A stretch of DNA of 64,000 bases from Neodothiora populina (Eukaryota): positions 124,001-188,000 of the forward strand of contig NW_027191417.1 in the NCBI RefSeq assembly GCF_041146345.1, given 5' to 3'. The translations under genes and the position numbers were made by a program. Within the stretch, counting starts at the first letter, position 1; the number at the start of each line of letters is the position of its first letter. Positions 1 to 11,496 of this stretch are shown here, piece after piece. Under the pieces are notes generated by a model that did no database searches, was not told where the DNA came from, and saw nothing but the letters and a program-made list of their open reading frames with translations.

Positions 1-150
1 CTGTACCACACTCCACTGTTTATCTGCCTAGATGACTCAAAAGATGCAAATATGGTCCACAAATAGGTATGGAGATCTACCGAAGTCGACCAGCAGTCCA
101 GGCTTGAATCGCAACTTCAAGATAGTAAAGCTTGCAGTAAGATAGCTGAG

Positions 151-382
151 AAGTGACAGCGAAGCAGTACCGAAGCAGCAATAAGGCCGTGATAAGGCCT
201 CGATATATCAACAAAAAAGCTACTGTGGAGCAACAATGAGGCAGAAGCGACTTGAGGATCAAACCGTAGTAAATCAGCAATGAAATAGCAGTAAAGCAAA
301 AGTGAAGCGGAAGTGAAGTGGTAGTAAAGTAGCAATGAAGCTCAAATGAAGCGGTAGAAAGGACACAGTGAATCAGCAGCAA
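151..382. repeat. Degenerate 11-bp tandem minisatellite (~21 units, consensus approx. AAGCAGCARTG)
   Basis: The sequence parses in exact 11-nt register: aagtgacagcg aagcagtaccg aagcagcaata ... aatcagcaatg aaatagcagta aagcaaaagtg aagcggaagtg aagtggtagta aagtagcaatg aagctcaaatg. Confidence 0.7.
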
Positions 383-1363
383 TCGCCATATTCAAATTCT
401 ATTCCGTGCAAGGGTTTGTCGTGACTGGACCTACCGAGAAGTTATTTTGAACATCGAGCCTAGTCTGGATGGTATCTGTGATTTTTGCAGATATGGACGT
501 GATACATCGAGGGTGACGGTTTGGGCTATCAGGTCTCGGAATGTGGCATGAAGAAAATTCGATGGTTTGGAGGAGAAGAAGAAGAAAGATGCATAACGCT
601 TTGGAGCATTGGGATTTCCTATTATTGCTCGACAAAGATGTAACTCTGGATTTTGAAGGTTTTGCAATATGGCGTTTGGGAGTTCTGGAAATTCTGCAAT
701 ATTGAATTGATAAGTGAGGTCTCCCTGCTGCAGCAACTGGCTGCATCTCGAGGACTCATACCAAGAGGGAAGGGTTCTGCTTTAACATGAAGTCTTGATC
801 CTTATGAGGGGGAGGGCAGGTGTCATTGGCTATCAGATTTGAATAGTCTGTTCGAGCTAGGACCTTGATTCGACGGCTCGAGGGACCAGGAATTAGTCCG
901 GGGAAGGCGATAAGTTCATCTACGGCTCCCGACGACTCATTGGTCATCAGGTATATGTTTGTATAATAATGGCAATCATACCCAGACAACTTAGTTTCTC
1001 TCTGTCTGGAAGTATCAATTAGATATACCACGATATATGGAATGAATGGCTACAGTACAGTACATGTCTTTCTAAAGGTGATGTTGAATTCTTGAAAGTG
1101 ATATTATATTCCAGAACCTGGGGCTTCCTTCCGCACTTAGTAGAAACAACTTGCGAATAGGTTAAACACGTATCATGGTGACTGAAGGAACCTTCATACT
1201 TCATGCATATGAATCAAAAGCGAACAAAGGTGGCAAAGAAGTGTTGACTAATTTATCAAGCTCTATATACAGTCCACTCATCATATGCCTTCATACAGTT
1301 GTAGCTGTTTCTGTCTATACATTCATTGTTCGGTAGCTTGGGTCTTTATCTTGGCACAACTAC

Positions 1364-2484
1364 TTAAAGTGGAGGAGTATCTGCGTAAAGAACAGCAGCA
1401 AAAGCTGCCGGATATCTAGTTCCAGCAATCTCGGCCTTGTTGCATGCATCTCTTATCTCTTGCTCCTCCTCGGTGGAGAGATAGACCTTTGTGGCGCCTA
1501 AGTTCTCCTCGAGACGCTTGGGGTTGGTCGTACCCGGGATGGGGAAGAAGTCATCGCCCTATTGTATTTGAATCAGTATGGTGAACAGGGAGAAGGCAGA
1601 GAACAAACAAAACATACCTGAGCCATGATCCATGCTAGTGTGAGCTGGGCTGTAGTGATGTTCTTCCTGTCGGCAATGGCGGTAAGAGCTTGGACCAACT
1701 CCAAGTTCTTGTTGAAGTTCTCCGGCTGGAATCGAGGAGCCATCTTCCTGAAGTCGCCCTCCTCGAAATCGTCGGGGCTCTTGATGGCACCAGAGAACAT
1801 ACCGCGTCCGATTGGTGAGTAGCAGACAATTGCAACTCCGAGCTCACGAGCAACACTCAGCACGTTAATTTCATCACTCTCGATTTCGAGAGCAAAGGGA
1901 GAGTACTCGATTTGCACAGCCTGGACGTGGTGGATCTTGCATGCTCTGCGCAGAGTATCGGCAGAGACCTCGGAGAGACCGATATACTTGATCTTGCCCT
2001 CCTCAACGAGCTCCTTTAGTGCCTCCATGGTCTTCTCGATCGGCGTCTCCTTGTCGACACGGTGAACATAGTAGAGATCGATGTGGTCTACTCCAAGGCG
2101 AGCCAATGACTTGGCACAAGCCTTCTTAGCATATGCCGGGCTCGAATCGATCCATCGCCTGCCGGTCTCATCAATGCAGTTGGCAAACTTGCTGGCGAGG
2201 AAGATCTTCTCCCTCTTGCCAGGGTTCTGCTTGAACCACTCTCCTAGCAGGTCCTCGGAGTCGCCATACATATCAGCCGTGTCCCAGAAGTACTCTCCGG
2301 CCTCGTAAAGCTGGTCTAGGATGGCAAATCGCTCGGCATCGGGCTTGGGCTTGCCGTAAAATGCAGACAATCCCATGGTACCAAATCCCAACTGTGGCAC
2401 ACTGGGACCTTTGTGGCCGAGCTGCTTGTGAGGGATCTTGTTGATGCCAACGGCATTGGACACGGCGTTGATAACACTAGCCAT
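1364..2484 (-). CDS. Aldo-keto reductase (YakC/pyridoxal reductase-like); exons 2484-1618 and 1558-1364
   Basis: AKR motifs LGFGTMGLS, WDTADMYG, ASKF, IDLYYVHR, IGLSE and YSPIGRG. A GTATGT...TAG intron (1617-1559) restores the C-terminus GDDFFPIPGTTNPKRLEEN...TPPL*. Confidence 0.93.
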
Positions 2485-3122
2485 TGTGAAGTTTTTTTGT
2501 GACGTAGAGACCGAAACTTTCGAAGAGATGTTTTTAAATTTATGGTAGCAGAAGAAAAGGAAATGCTAGATAATCTTTGAACAAACGGTATAAAATTGGC
2601 CAACTGTGATCTGCGTGTTATATACCTGCCGCACACAATGCCGTGGTTTGGCTCTTGGTATGAGCCGTCGACTTTACCCCGCCGGACATTATGCACGTCA
2701 TGGGCCATAGCTCCGACTCTTGCAGCTTACCTCCGTGGGGTGCGTAAACCTACCTTATTTCCAGAACATACATACTCCTCGGAGTGCCGCTATTATTGTA
2801 CACTATAGCATCTCATCTTACCTCAATCCTGTGAAAGCGGGTCTTTCTCTCATCTCAGCAGGAAAAGTTGTGGATTGTTGGACCGGTTAACACGATACTT
2901 TCACGACCTATGACGATTTATCAAGGACGAATTTGCGGTGAGGATCTGCCTAGAACAGTGGAGGATTTCACATATATTGGGAAAACAAACATGAAGGGGA
3001 TTGAACGAAAGTTTGATCTGAGCAACGAATTCGTCGTTTGATTTGTAAGACTTGACATTTTCTCGGTCTTCTGCTCCTTTCTCTGGAAACCATGGAGGAT
3101 GAATGATGCACCGTACGAGACA

Positions 3123-3173
3123 TACCTCATAATTCGTTCAAAAGTAAAAACATATTGAACGAATTATGAGGTA
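3123..3173. repeat. Perfect 19-bp inverted repeat with a 13-nt spacer
   Basis: TACCTCATAATTCGTTCAA (3123-3141) is the exact reverse complement of TTGAACGAATTATGAGGTA (3155-3173). Confidence 0.85.
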
Positions 3174-3361
3174 AGGTACCTTAGGTATGTGTGTACGAAT
3201 TATCCCAGAGCGGCGTCCCTCACTCTATCGCCCCGATTAAATACTGTCCATTCATCGCAAATTCAACGACCAACAAGTGGGTATCAGCAATTGTACGAAG
3301 AAAGCAATGCGCACGTCATCAATAGTCGTTAATAAAAATACTCATGGTCGACCACATTCGA

Positions 3362-5854
3362 CTACTCGCCGACCTGGTGCTCGTAGATTAGGTCTACCTG
3401 CTTGACAGGATGCAGAAGCATCGCCGGCAAGCACATGCGGCCCTCCCCTGCCAGCTCTGCTTCTTCGCCGCCGTCGTTGTCGACTTTGTAGCCCAGCCAG
3501 CGTTTCCACAGGTTGGCCGGGAAGCCTGCATGGTAGTACCACGTCGTGCCGAGAAAATTATGTTGGCGCTCGTCGCTGAAGATGCTCGTCCTGGCACCGC
3601 CTGCGGCACCATTGCGTCCATTGTTGAAGATGGCAGCAAGATAGGAGGTGGGCCATCTACGATCAATATAGACAGGGTGAGGGGCATAAACTGCTTTGAA
3701 GCCATGGTGGAGAGCGCAGCTACCGGGCCACATCTCGGAAAACATTGTGTGCCGTTTCAAGGCAGTCTCGCGGTGCATTGTCTCGAGCAAGCGACGACTG
3801 AGACGGGATGCCGTGATGATGGCTGTACGACGTGGGGGAAAGCTCTCTGAAGTGTTATAGCCAGTGACATCTTCCGCCAAAATCCAATTGGTACCGTCGG
3901 GATCAAACAGCGGGTTGAAAGTGATGAAGTCGGCTTCTTCACCTACGCCCCACTGGTAGTCATCTTTGGCATATTCTGTGTCTGGGATCACGTCCATATC
4001 TGTCTCCAGTTCATTGCCAGGGCCTGTCGGAGGATGAGGGCCCCAGACGGGTGCTTCGGGCCGTTCAGCAGTGTCTGCAACAGTTTTGGGATCCGAGCCC
4101 GCCGCAATCTTGTTGTACATGCTCGATTTGTGTGCGGTGCCGTGTTCGGTCTGCACTCTCACCAGATGCTTGAAGTCGTCCCAGCTACCGTGCTCCGAGG
4201 GAATGTAGAAGCGACTGTTGCGCTCCCAGAGACCTTTGCGAGGCTGTTGCTTAGCCCACTTGCTGACTTTGTCGAACAAATGGTAGAAATGACCTGTGTA
4301 GCGAACATCCATCTCCCAGTGCCAGAAAAAGTCGTACTCGGGATGCATGTGGGCAAAGTATTGGACGGGCATGTATGTGGAACGGTAAGCACCATGAACC
4401 GGGAGATCGCGGTAGAATGATTCCTCGACTCCACCATAGATCAGGCCCATTTGTCTTTCGGACCAGAGAGTGCCCATGCCGCGGAATTCGTCGGGGAGAG
4501 CGTCGTTCAGCACACGCTGGTACGTCTCGTCGTCGCTCCAGATCTGCATGTTATCGTCCTTGACATGAATGAGAAAGTGGATGGTGTACTCTCCACCCGA
4601 CTGAATGGACAACTCGTTGACCAAGGCACGGAGGTAGAAAAGGTCTTCATAGTCGTAGTCGTAGTCCCACCAGGTACGGATGAGGACCGCGGTGCGGGGG
4701 AGAAGCTTCTTACCCGATTTGCTCTTCTCGGGATCGCTCTTTTCTCCTGATGTAGACTCGGGACCTTCTTTGTCCAAGCCACCGCTGGCCATGGTCTGGA
4801 AGAAGTGATTACGCGCCTTCGGTCTCGACTTGAATCGGAAGCGATTGGCCTCGTTGCATCGATCTTGAGCGTCTCCCCACCTCACCGCCCTGTAGTCAAC
4901 CTCTAGGCCATCGCCCCATACCTCCTCGGCTCCCTCTCTGTCGCCAGCCATGCCGGCTCCGCTACCGCCCCATTTCCTGCTGTAGCCATAGCCGTAGGGA
5001 CCGAGACGACCATATCGCTCGAAGCAGACATCATTGTCCAGACCGAAGAGTTCATACGAGCCCATGACGGGATCGGGAAAGCCCTCGGTCACGCCATGAT
5101 ATACATGCAGCCGTGGGGCACTGATCTTTCCCTCCTTGTCCAGAGTGCACTTCACCATGGGATCATGCTCCTTCTTGTACTCTTCCGATGTGTAGTTGGG
5201 GTATGGGTTGTATGCATCGGCGGCAGGTGCTCTTTTGTCGACTTCGGCAGGGGCCTTCGCTGGGTCGGGAGAGAGTGAGTTGTTGTCAGGATCAGGATAT
5301 TCGGGCTTATTGTTGCTGCGTGGGATCAATGTGCGTAGACCGCCATGGTAGCGTTTCAGGAAGGGAAACTCCTCCCAGGCTGGTGGCTTCGAAGGAGGTC
5401 TGGCAATGTTCCCTGCCGCCAACGCAGCTCTTTCGGTCCAGCTGGCGTGAGACAAGACGAAGATGAAGGCAATGATGGATGTGGCAATCACGAGGGTGAA
5501 GTAGCGGGTGAAACGGCGTCGAGGAAGAGCATACGAAAGGGCGACGCCACCCTTTCTCGTCGAAGCAGACCTCGCTCGCTGGAGCAGCATCGGCTTGTGA
5601 GAATCCATCGAATCGTATGCTCGTCGTATTGACGGATTGTAACCACCGTCGTCCGAGCCGTCATACGGGGAGTCTTGAAAGTCGTCGTGTGAGTCGTGTG
5701 AGCTGTTGTTGTGTGAGGAATAGGAAGGAGCCTGGTGCTCCTGCTCATCTGACACGCGTTCCTTCCTCTTTTGCTGCGGCTTTTCTGCCGTGTCCACGTA
5801 AACACCGTCCAATGATGTATATCCTTTGACATTTTTGTAACCTCTCGGGGCCAT
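3362..5854 (-). CDS. DUF3405-family fungal type II membrane protein, 830 aa, intronless
   Basis: Long ORF with a single TM segment (FTLVIATSIIAFIFVLS) and motifs I recall as typical of DUF3405: RTAVLIRTW, FFWHWEMDVRYTGH, WGVGEEADFITFNP, RLSRRLL, AVYAPHPVY, MLLHPVK. Confidence 0.85.
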   Translation of the reverse strand: MAPRGYKNVKGYTSLDGVYVDTAEKPQQKRKERVSDEQEHQAPSYSSHNNSSHDSHDDFQDSPYDGSDDGGYNPSIRRAYDSMDSHKPMLLQRARSASTRKGGVALSYALPRRRFTRYFTLVIATSIIAFIFVLSHASWTERAALAAGNIARPPSKPPAWEEFPFLKRYHGGLRTLIPRSNNKPEYPDPDNNSLSPDPAKAPAEVDKRAPAADAYNPYPNYTSEEYKKEHDPMVKCTLDKEGKISAPRLHVYHGVTEGFPDPVMGSYELFGLDNDVCFERYGRLGPYGYGYSRKWGGSGAGMAGDREGAEEVWGDGLEVDYRAVRWGDAQDRCNEANRFRFKSRPKARNHFFQTMASGGLDKEGPESTSGEKSDPEKSKSGKKLLPRTAVLIRTWWDYDYDYEDLFYLRALVNELSIQSGGEYTIHFLIHVKDDNMQIWSDDETYQRVLNDALPDEFRGMGTLWSERQMGLIYGGVEESFYRDLPVHGAYRSTYMPVQYFAHMHPEYDFFWHWEMDVRYTGHFYHLFDKVSKWAKQQPRKGLWERNSRFYIPSEHGSWDDFKHLVRVQTEHGTAHKSSMYNKIAAGSDPKTVADTAERPEAPVWGPHPPTGPGNELETDMDVIPDTEYAKDDYQWGVGEEADFITFNPLFDPDGTNWILAEDVTGYNTSESFPPRRTAIITASRLSRRLLETMHRETALKRHTMFSEMWPGSCALHHGFKAVYAPHPVYIDRRWPTSYLAAIFNNGRNGAAGGARTSIFSDERQHNFLGTTWYYHAGFPANLWKRWLGYKVDNDGGEEAELAGEGRMCLPAMLLHPVKQVDLIYEHQVGE

Positions 5855-6888
5855 GTTTGGGGTACTTTTGCGTGCCGTCTATCCGCCTAAACCCTGTCGT
5901 AGTTCTCGCGCTTCACTGCTTTCTAACCGTCAGAGAGAAAAAGCCAAATCTCCAGTATGCCGAAGTCGGCCACGTGATCGTTATTGGACTGGACACCGCG
6001 AATGTCGACAATATCTTCTGCTCAGCGGAGATCTCTCCAAGTCGCCAGGTATGGAATCGAGACTGTATGTCGTATCCGATGTGGTCGTGTGCCTATAGTA
6101 TATCGGACTGTATACAGTCAATATACGGAAATAAGGCTTATCGCCTGCCTGCCACGTGCTTGTCAGGACGAGGCCGTTGCTTTACGACCAACTTTACGAG
6201 GTGGAATGGCAAGAGGCGCATACCTTATGTAGATTATGACGATTGGTCTCCGCCAATTCTGTACCTGTCGTGAGACGTCTTGAATGAAGAAATTGCAAAG
6301 ATACAACTCGACCAACTCGGTAGGAAAAGAAGGCAGGAATCAACATGTTCCAGCCAAGGACAATCGTCGTCGTAATATGCCTCCTCATCAGCCAGATATC
6401 CCGACTTGGCGGGCACTACAGATCCGTCTTGGCAAAATACGCCCGTTGACACAGTGACGGGCGAACATGCCCGAGCTGCCGACTTTCAAGGGACCAACCA
6501 TACTTGTAGCACGTTAAGGTATCCTATCTCGTCCACAAAGACCTCCTACAGCACGGCAATGAGTACCCGTAGACAGAGGAGCAAGCGATGCATATATCTT
6601 GACAGATCCCTGTTACGCCCTTCTCATCCTTATTATTGGGCTAGCTTGTACACAAGTTTTCCTTGAACTTCTTTCTACACGTGCTGTGATTTATGCCCTT
6701 CTGTCCAATCACCGTCCACCATTCTGCACGCCTCTCGGCCAGTCGTATATCAGGAGGCTTTCTTCGTTCCGAATGCAATATATAAGTATATCATGCATCA
6801 TGTGGTGCAGTACCTCGTCCTGTCCGCCGCATTTTTTTCTGTTTTCCTCATTTCATTCATAAGCTTGCGAGCCGGCCTTCTTGTAGCC

Positions 6889-8423
6889 ATGCGGTATAAT
6901 CATGCCCTGCCCATCGTGTCTGCAGTCGTATCATCTGCGCAAACTCCTGATCGATACGCGGACTCTACCACTGTAGATCTGTCCTGGCACAGGCCTGCAG
7001 CATCAGAAATAAATGATCTGGAATCGGCTATTAATGGGACAGGAACCTATGGCTTCATCTTCAACTCTTCGTCTTTGCCAGATAGGGTTCCATACGGTAC
7101 TGCTTACCATTGTGCACCGACTGGCGTGTGATCTTATACTCACAGTTCATAGGCACGTACAACTGGTGCAACATGCCTCATGCTAGATCACAAGAGTATC
7201 CTATAGTGAATTCGTCCTTTGAGCTGCAGTATGTAGAGGTTATACATCGCCACCATAAGCGAACGCCTTATGCCTCCAACACTTTCCCACGAGAAAACTA
7301 TCCCTGGTTCTGTGACGATGAGGGGCTTTTCTACTATGGAGCTCCTCTCCCGTCTGGCAGCGCCAATCGCTCAGCTGCAGGATATTGGTCAGTCTATACG
7401 TCTGACTCTAATCCCCTCGCACCTGCAGGCTTTAATGGTACTTGCCAGTTCCCGCAGATAACTCGCGGTGGCCTGGATGACAGTCATCAGCATGGCAAGG
7501 ATCTCTTTGACGTCTATGGCGATCTACTTGGCTTCATACCAAGTAAATATGACCCGGAGCTTGTCTCTTTTCGCGTCACCAACAATGTCATCACTTCCAA
7601 GGTAGCTGGGATGGTCATCGCTGGCATGTATCCCGACAATGCAGGGGCTGATGTTAAATTATCCATCCAGCCCGATTCGGTTGATTCACTCGAGCCGGCA
7701 TACATATGCACGACAGCCAAGTCTCTATTCTCTTTTTTCGCCAGTGGCAGCACGAATGGCACATGGGCCCATCATCTTCAAGCTTCGGCGTCACTTTACT
7801 CTGCTCTCGACAGAGTTTCGGGAGTCAGTCCGGGTACCTCAGCATGGCACGTAAGCTGGGATCATTACTTCGATAACCTCTCAGCTCGTCTGTGTCACTC
7901 GAAACCTCTCCCTTGCAATACAGAAGACGGCCATCAGTGCGTCGGCATGGCTCAGGCCGAGGAAGTCTTCCGACTCGGTGAATGGGAGTACAGCTATACC
8001 TACCGTGACAACCCCAATTCTCTTCGCGCCAGCGTCGCCAGCTATGGTATCTACATCGCTGAGCTGGCCCAGAACATTCGGCATGCCATTGACCCTACTC
8101 AACCCAGCAGTGTCTCGGCGAACGACACTGTCAAATACAGACATAACGTCGCCCATGATGGCAGTATCTCGCGCTTGCTCAGTATCCTACAAGTCGACAA
8201 GATGTTCTGGCCCGGAATGGGCTCTGAAGTCATCTTCGAGCTTTACAAGCAGAAGACCACCAGCGAGTACTTTGTGCGCGTGCTCTGGGGTGGTCAGATC
8301 CTCAAAAGTAGTCATCCCGCATTTGGCGAGATGAACATGGTTCCTCCACAAACCTTGCTAGCGTATTTTGATGGACTTGTCGGTGTTGGGGCAGACAAGA
8401 TACCGGGCTTGTGTGGTGAATGA
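6889..8423 (+). CDS. Secreted histidine acid phosphatase (clade 2); exons 6889-7096 and 7153-8423
   Basis: Signal-like N-terminus MRYNHALPIVSAVVSSAQ. A GT...TAG intron (7097-7152) joins YG|TYNWCNMPH. Catalytic RHHKRTP motif and C-terminal HD (HNVAHDGS). Confidence 0.85.
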
Positions 8424-9404
8424 ACAAGACCGATTCAGGTCCACGTAACCATTAGTCAGATACACCAGAAAAAGAGGTGCATTATCCGAGATACTTCACA
8501 CGTGCATTCTCCAGATATGAATGATCCCTTTGTGTCTTCATCCGACCCACGTCAGTCGGAGAAAAAAGTGGACTGCTTTCCCCGATAAACCCACTTTTTC
8601 CTTTCTCCGTCTTTGCAGACTACTGCACGCGCCAAACAAATTGATTGTTCTTTTGGAGGTAACGCCGAAAGTAAGCATAGGCACAGCAGGGCCTCGGTGT
8701 CTGTCCCTGGAAGAACGCGATGTATCGGGAAAATGTCAACAAGTGCATGTGCTGGCTTATATTGCATGGTCGATCTCAGTGTAGATATGTCACACGTGGT
8801 ACAGTACACGAATCAGTCTCAGACATTGACCACACCTAAATCTCCAGCACTATCTTTGTGATGTGATGTATCCTCCCGTCGTCGTGAACATAATGCAATA
8901 CTACACAAGAGGGTCATCTACACATCTGCTGCGGTATTATTGCATGACGTGAAAGGAACAATAAGATCTTATTACCCTGCTTTAACGAACATTCCTTTGT
9001 ATCCATATATACCCATGATATCCGCAATAACCGCGATTTTGAGTACCATACCCTGAGACTACCAGCAATCGCAGATGCTACAGCACTACTGAACAGGAAT
9101 AGATGAGTCGGTTTACACGGCAAGCTCCTGCATCTCCTTTCATAGGCCTCGCACTCATTGGCTGACTCTTCGGTCTTAAACACATGAGGTTACATTGTTC
9201 GAGTCAATTAAGGAGGGGCTTTATGTAGAAGGACAATGGTCGCTCAATAAGGTGCATGGACACACATGTACACTATCATAAGAGGCAGCCTTCTGTAATT
9301 CTAGGGCGATGTGTAAGAGAAGAGCACAGGTAGCGAAAGGCGAGTCAATAGATATATCACGCTTAGTAGTATTGCAACGAGGGGGCTTAATAAAGGAATA
9401 GTCA

Positions 9405-9602
9405 TGTCAGGTTTCGGAGTCAGGAATAAAGATCAGTACGTAGATATAGGTCCAAGTTATATGACGAGACGTAGACAGGGGAGGAAAGACAGTACTAGGT
9501 CGAGGACAGGGAAGTACGGCGTTGAAGCCACGAGTCAGGAGTATAGGTCACGTGATCTATACTAACTCAGGTGTCTCGGTGGTTAACGACCAAACCGTGA
9601 CA
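9405..9602. mobile_element. Solo LTR (198 bp) of an LTR retrotransposon with 5-bp TSD AGTCA
   Basis: TGTCA...TGACA termini; AGTCA on both sides (9400-9404 and 9603-9607); near-identical inverted copy at 10011-10208. Confidence 0.9.
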
Positions 9603-10010
9603 AGTCACAAGGATGAATAATGTCATGGAATGTTGACCTTCTAGGTCCTCACTTAATACACACTACCTAAGGCAACAAGTCGCGCTACAGAACCTAAGAA
9701 CATATTTGTCTATGTACATTACTATTTGACTTAAGCGATTAGGCAACGAGAAAGGGCGGAGCTACAGCTTAAGTGAACCTTAAGCGACCATGACCTTGTA
9801 CCGTGCCTCAATTGATGGAACAAACACTAGCACCTAAGCCGCAGGTATTCACTACTACAATAAGTATTACAAATACCACGTAGCAAAGACTCTAGAGTTG
9901 TCCCATTAGGCGCACTGTATCATCCGATCTCGCGTGAGATATGTTATCATTAAGACATCCACAGTCCTTACGATTCGAATCACGACGATCATGTGCGAAC
10001 CTAGTCTGCG

Positions 10011-10348
10011 TGTCACGGTTTGGTCGTTAACCACCGAGACACCTGAGTTAGTATAGATCACGTGACCTATACTCCTGACTCGTGGCTTCAACGCCGTACT
10101 TCCCTGTCCTCGACCTAGTACTGTCTTTCCTCCCCTGTCTACGTCTCGTCATATAACTTGGACCTATAGTTACGTACTGATCTTTATTCCTGACTCTGAA
10201 CCCTGACAATACTCTTAACTTGTGGCTTTAACGCCGTACTTCCTTGTCCTCGACTTAGTACTGTCTTTCCTCCTCTGTCTATGTCTCGTCATATAGCTTA
10301 GACCCATATCTACGTACTGATCTTTATTCCTGACTCTGAACCCTGACA
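10011..10348. mobile_element. Composite LTR: full LTR (10011-10208) followed by a partial LTR (10209-10348), inverted relative to 9405-9602, with 5-bp TSD CTGCG
   Basis: TGTCA start; TGACA ends at 10208 and 10348; CTGCG at 10006-10010 and 10349-10353; the partial copy carries many C>T and G>A changes. Confidence 0.9.
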
Positions 10349-10784
10349 CTGCGTCTCGTGAGAATGCTTTGCTCTGCTCATGACTATATATCCATGTGGT
10401 CTTCGCATCGTAAGCAAAGCGCTGCGTCCAATCATGGCACGGGGAGAAATACTAAGCCAGGACTGAAGAGAAAAGGTGACGTACAGTACAGTACAGTACA
10501 GCCAGTCTTCAGAGCAGCGTAAGCGAGAGCCACGACCGTGGGAATAGCATAATTAGTCCATGTCCGAGTCAGGTATTCCCGGGTTCCTACACGGTTGAGC
10601 CTGGGGTACGTACACAAACGACCAAGAATGAACTTTCTCATAAAGTATTCTTCGCCTGTTCCAGTCCCCTTTCATCTCCGCGTCGCTTAGAACGGCGCGG
10701 GTTTGCGACGCAAATATACACGAGCTTCCATAGGAGTGACGGACAGCACGACATCCAATCACTCTGATCACCGAAGTCCTCAAT

Positions 10785-10935
10785 CCCGCGATTCCGATGG
10801 ATGGTTCCCGTTGCCCGATGCCCGATTGCACTTGCCCGATTGTACCAAGCCCGATCCCGATTGCACCTCAACCCCGGTGCCCGATGTCCGATCCCCAGGC
10901 AGTCCCAAGTCAGTCCCAAGTCAGTCCCAAGTCAG
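10785..10935. repeat. Degenerate CCCGAT(G/TG) tandem run followed by AGTCCCAAGTC x3
   Basis: Repeated cccgatg/cccgattg units, then agtcccaagtc repeated three times. Confidence 0.6.
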
Positions 10936-11496
10936 TCTTCCGTCATACAAGTACAGTACAATACAATACAAAATACCTTACAGATAGCAGAGAAAAAAGA
11001 AGGTTTGATAGCCGGCCCGCAACCCAACGGCTCTTCGGGGCTTTCGCGGCGAGGCGCTGGTTCCCGTGCCGTCTTGTCTGTGTCTTTCGGCAAAATCTTG
11101 GATGGTTGCTTGCTTTGACCTTTACTTGGAGGCAGTAGTAGCATCTGCTGGCAAGGGAATTAGTCTACTGCAATATCACATTCGAAGACTTCAGATTGTT
11201 TGGATGAAAGATGGAGGAATTTCAAGGAAGTAGTAATCGTTTCTTCTTGTATGAATCTCGTCTAAAGAGCAGCTCTCTATATCTGCTCGTGGTATCTCTT
11301 ACAATCCAAACCCTCATCAATCTATAAAGATATCTAATGTATAATGTATACACATGCATCGCGTCATCATCAACAAATGCATTCTGTACTCCTGAGGATG
11401 CAAATCAAACAACGGAAGAAGAAAAAAAGGGTTCATAAAAATATGCTCATAGCTCTCTTTTTGTGTTCGTTGAAACGCTGTTCCCGCGGAAACAGA

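Noticed and set aside
431..1204. Chain of short minus-strand ORFs as a gene or pseudogene
   Set aside because: The frames do not join through clear splice sites and no domain is recognisable.
9405..10208. Single DNA transposon with 198-bp TIRs
   Set aside because: Each repeat unit has its own distinct 5-bp TSD and TG..CA ends, which indicates separate LTR insertions.
10785..10935. CRISPR-like array
   Set aside because: Eukaryotic context; simple tandem units with no unique spacers and no cas genes.
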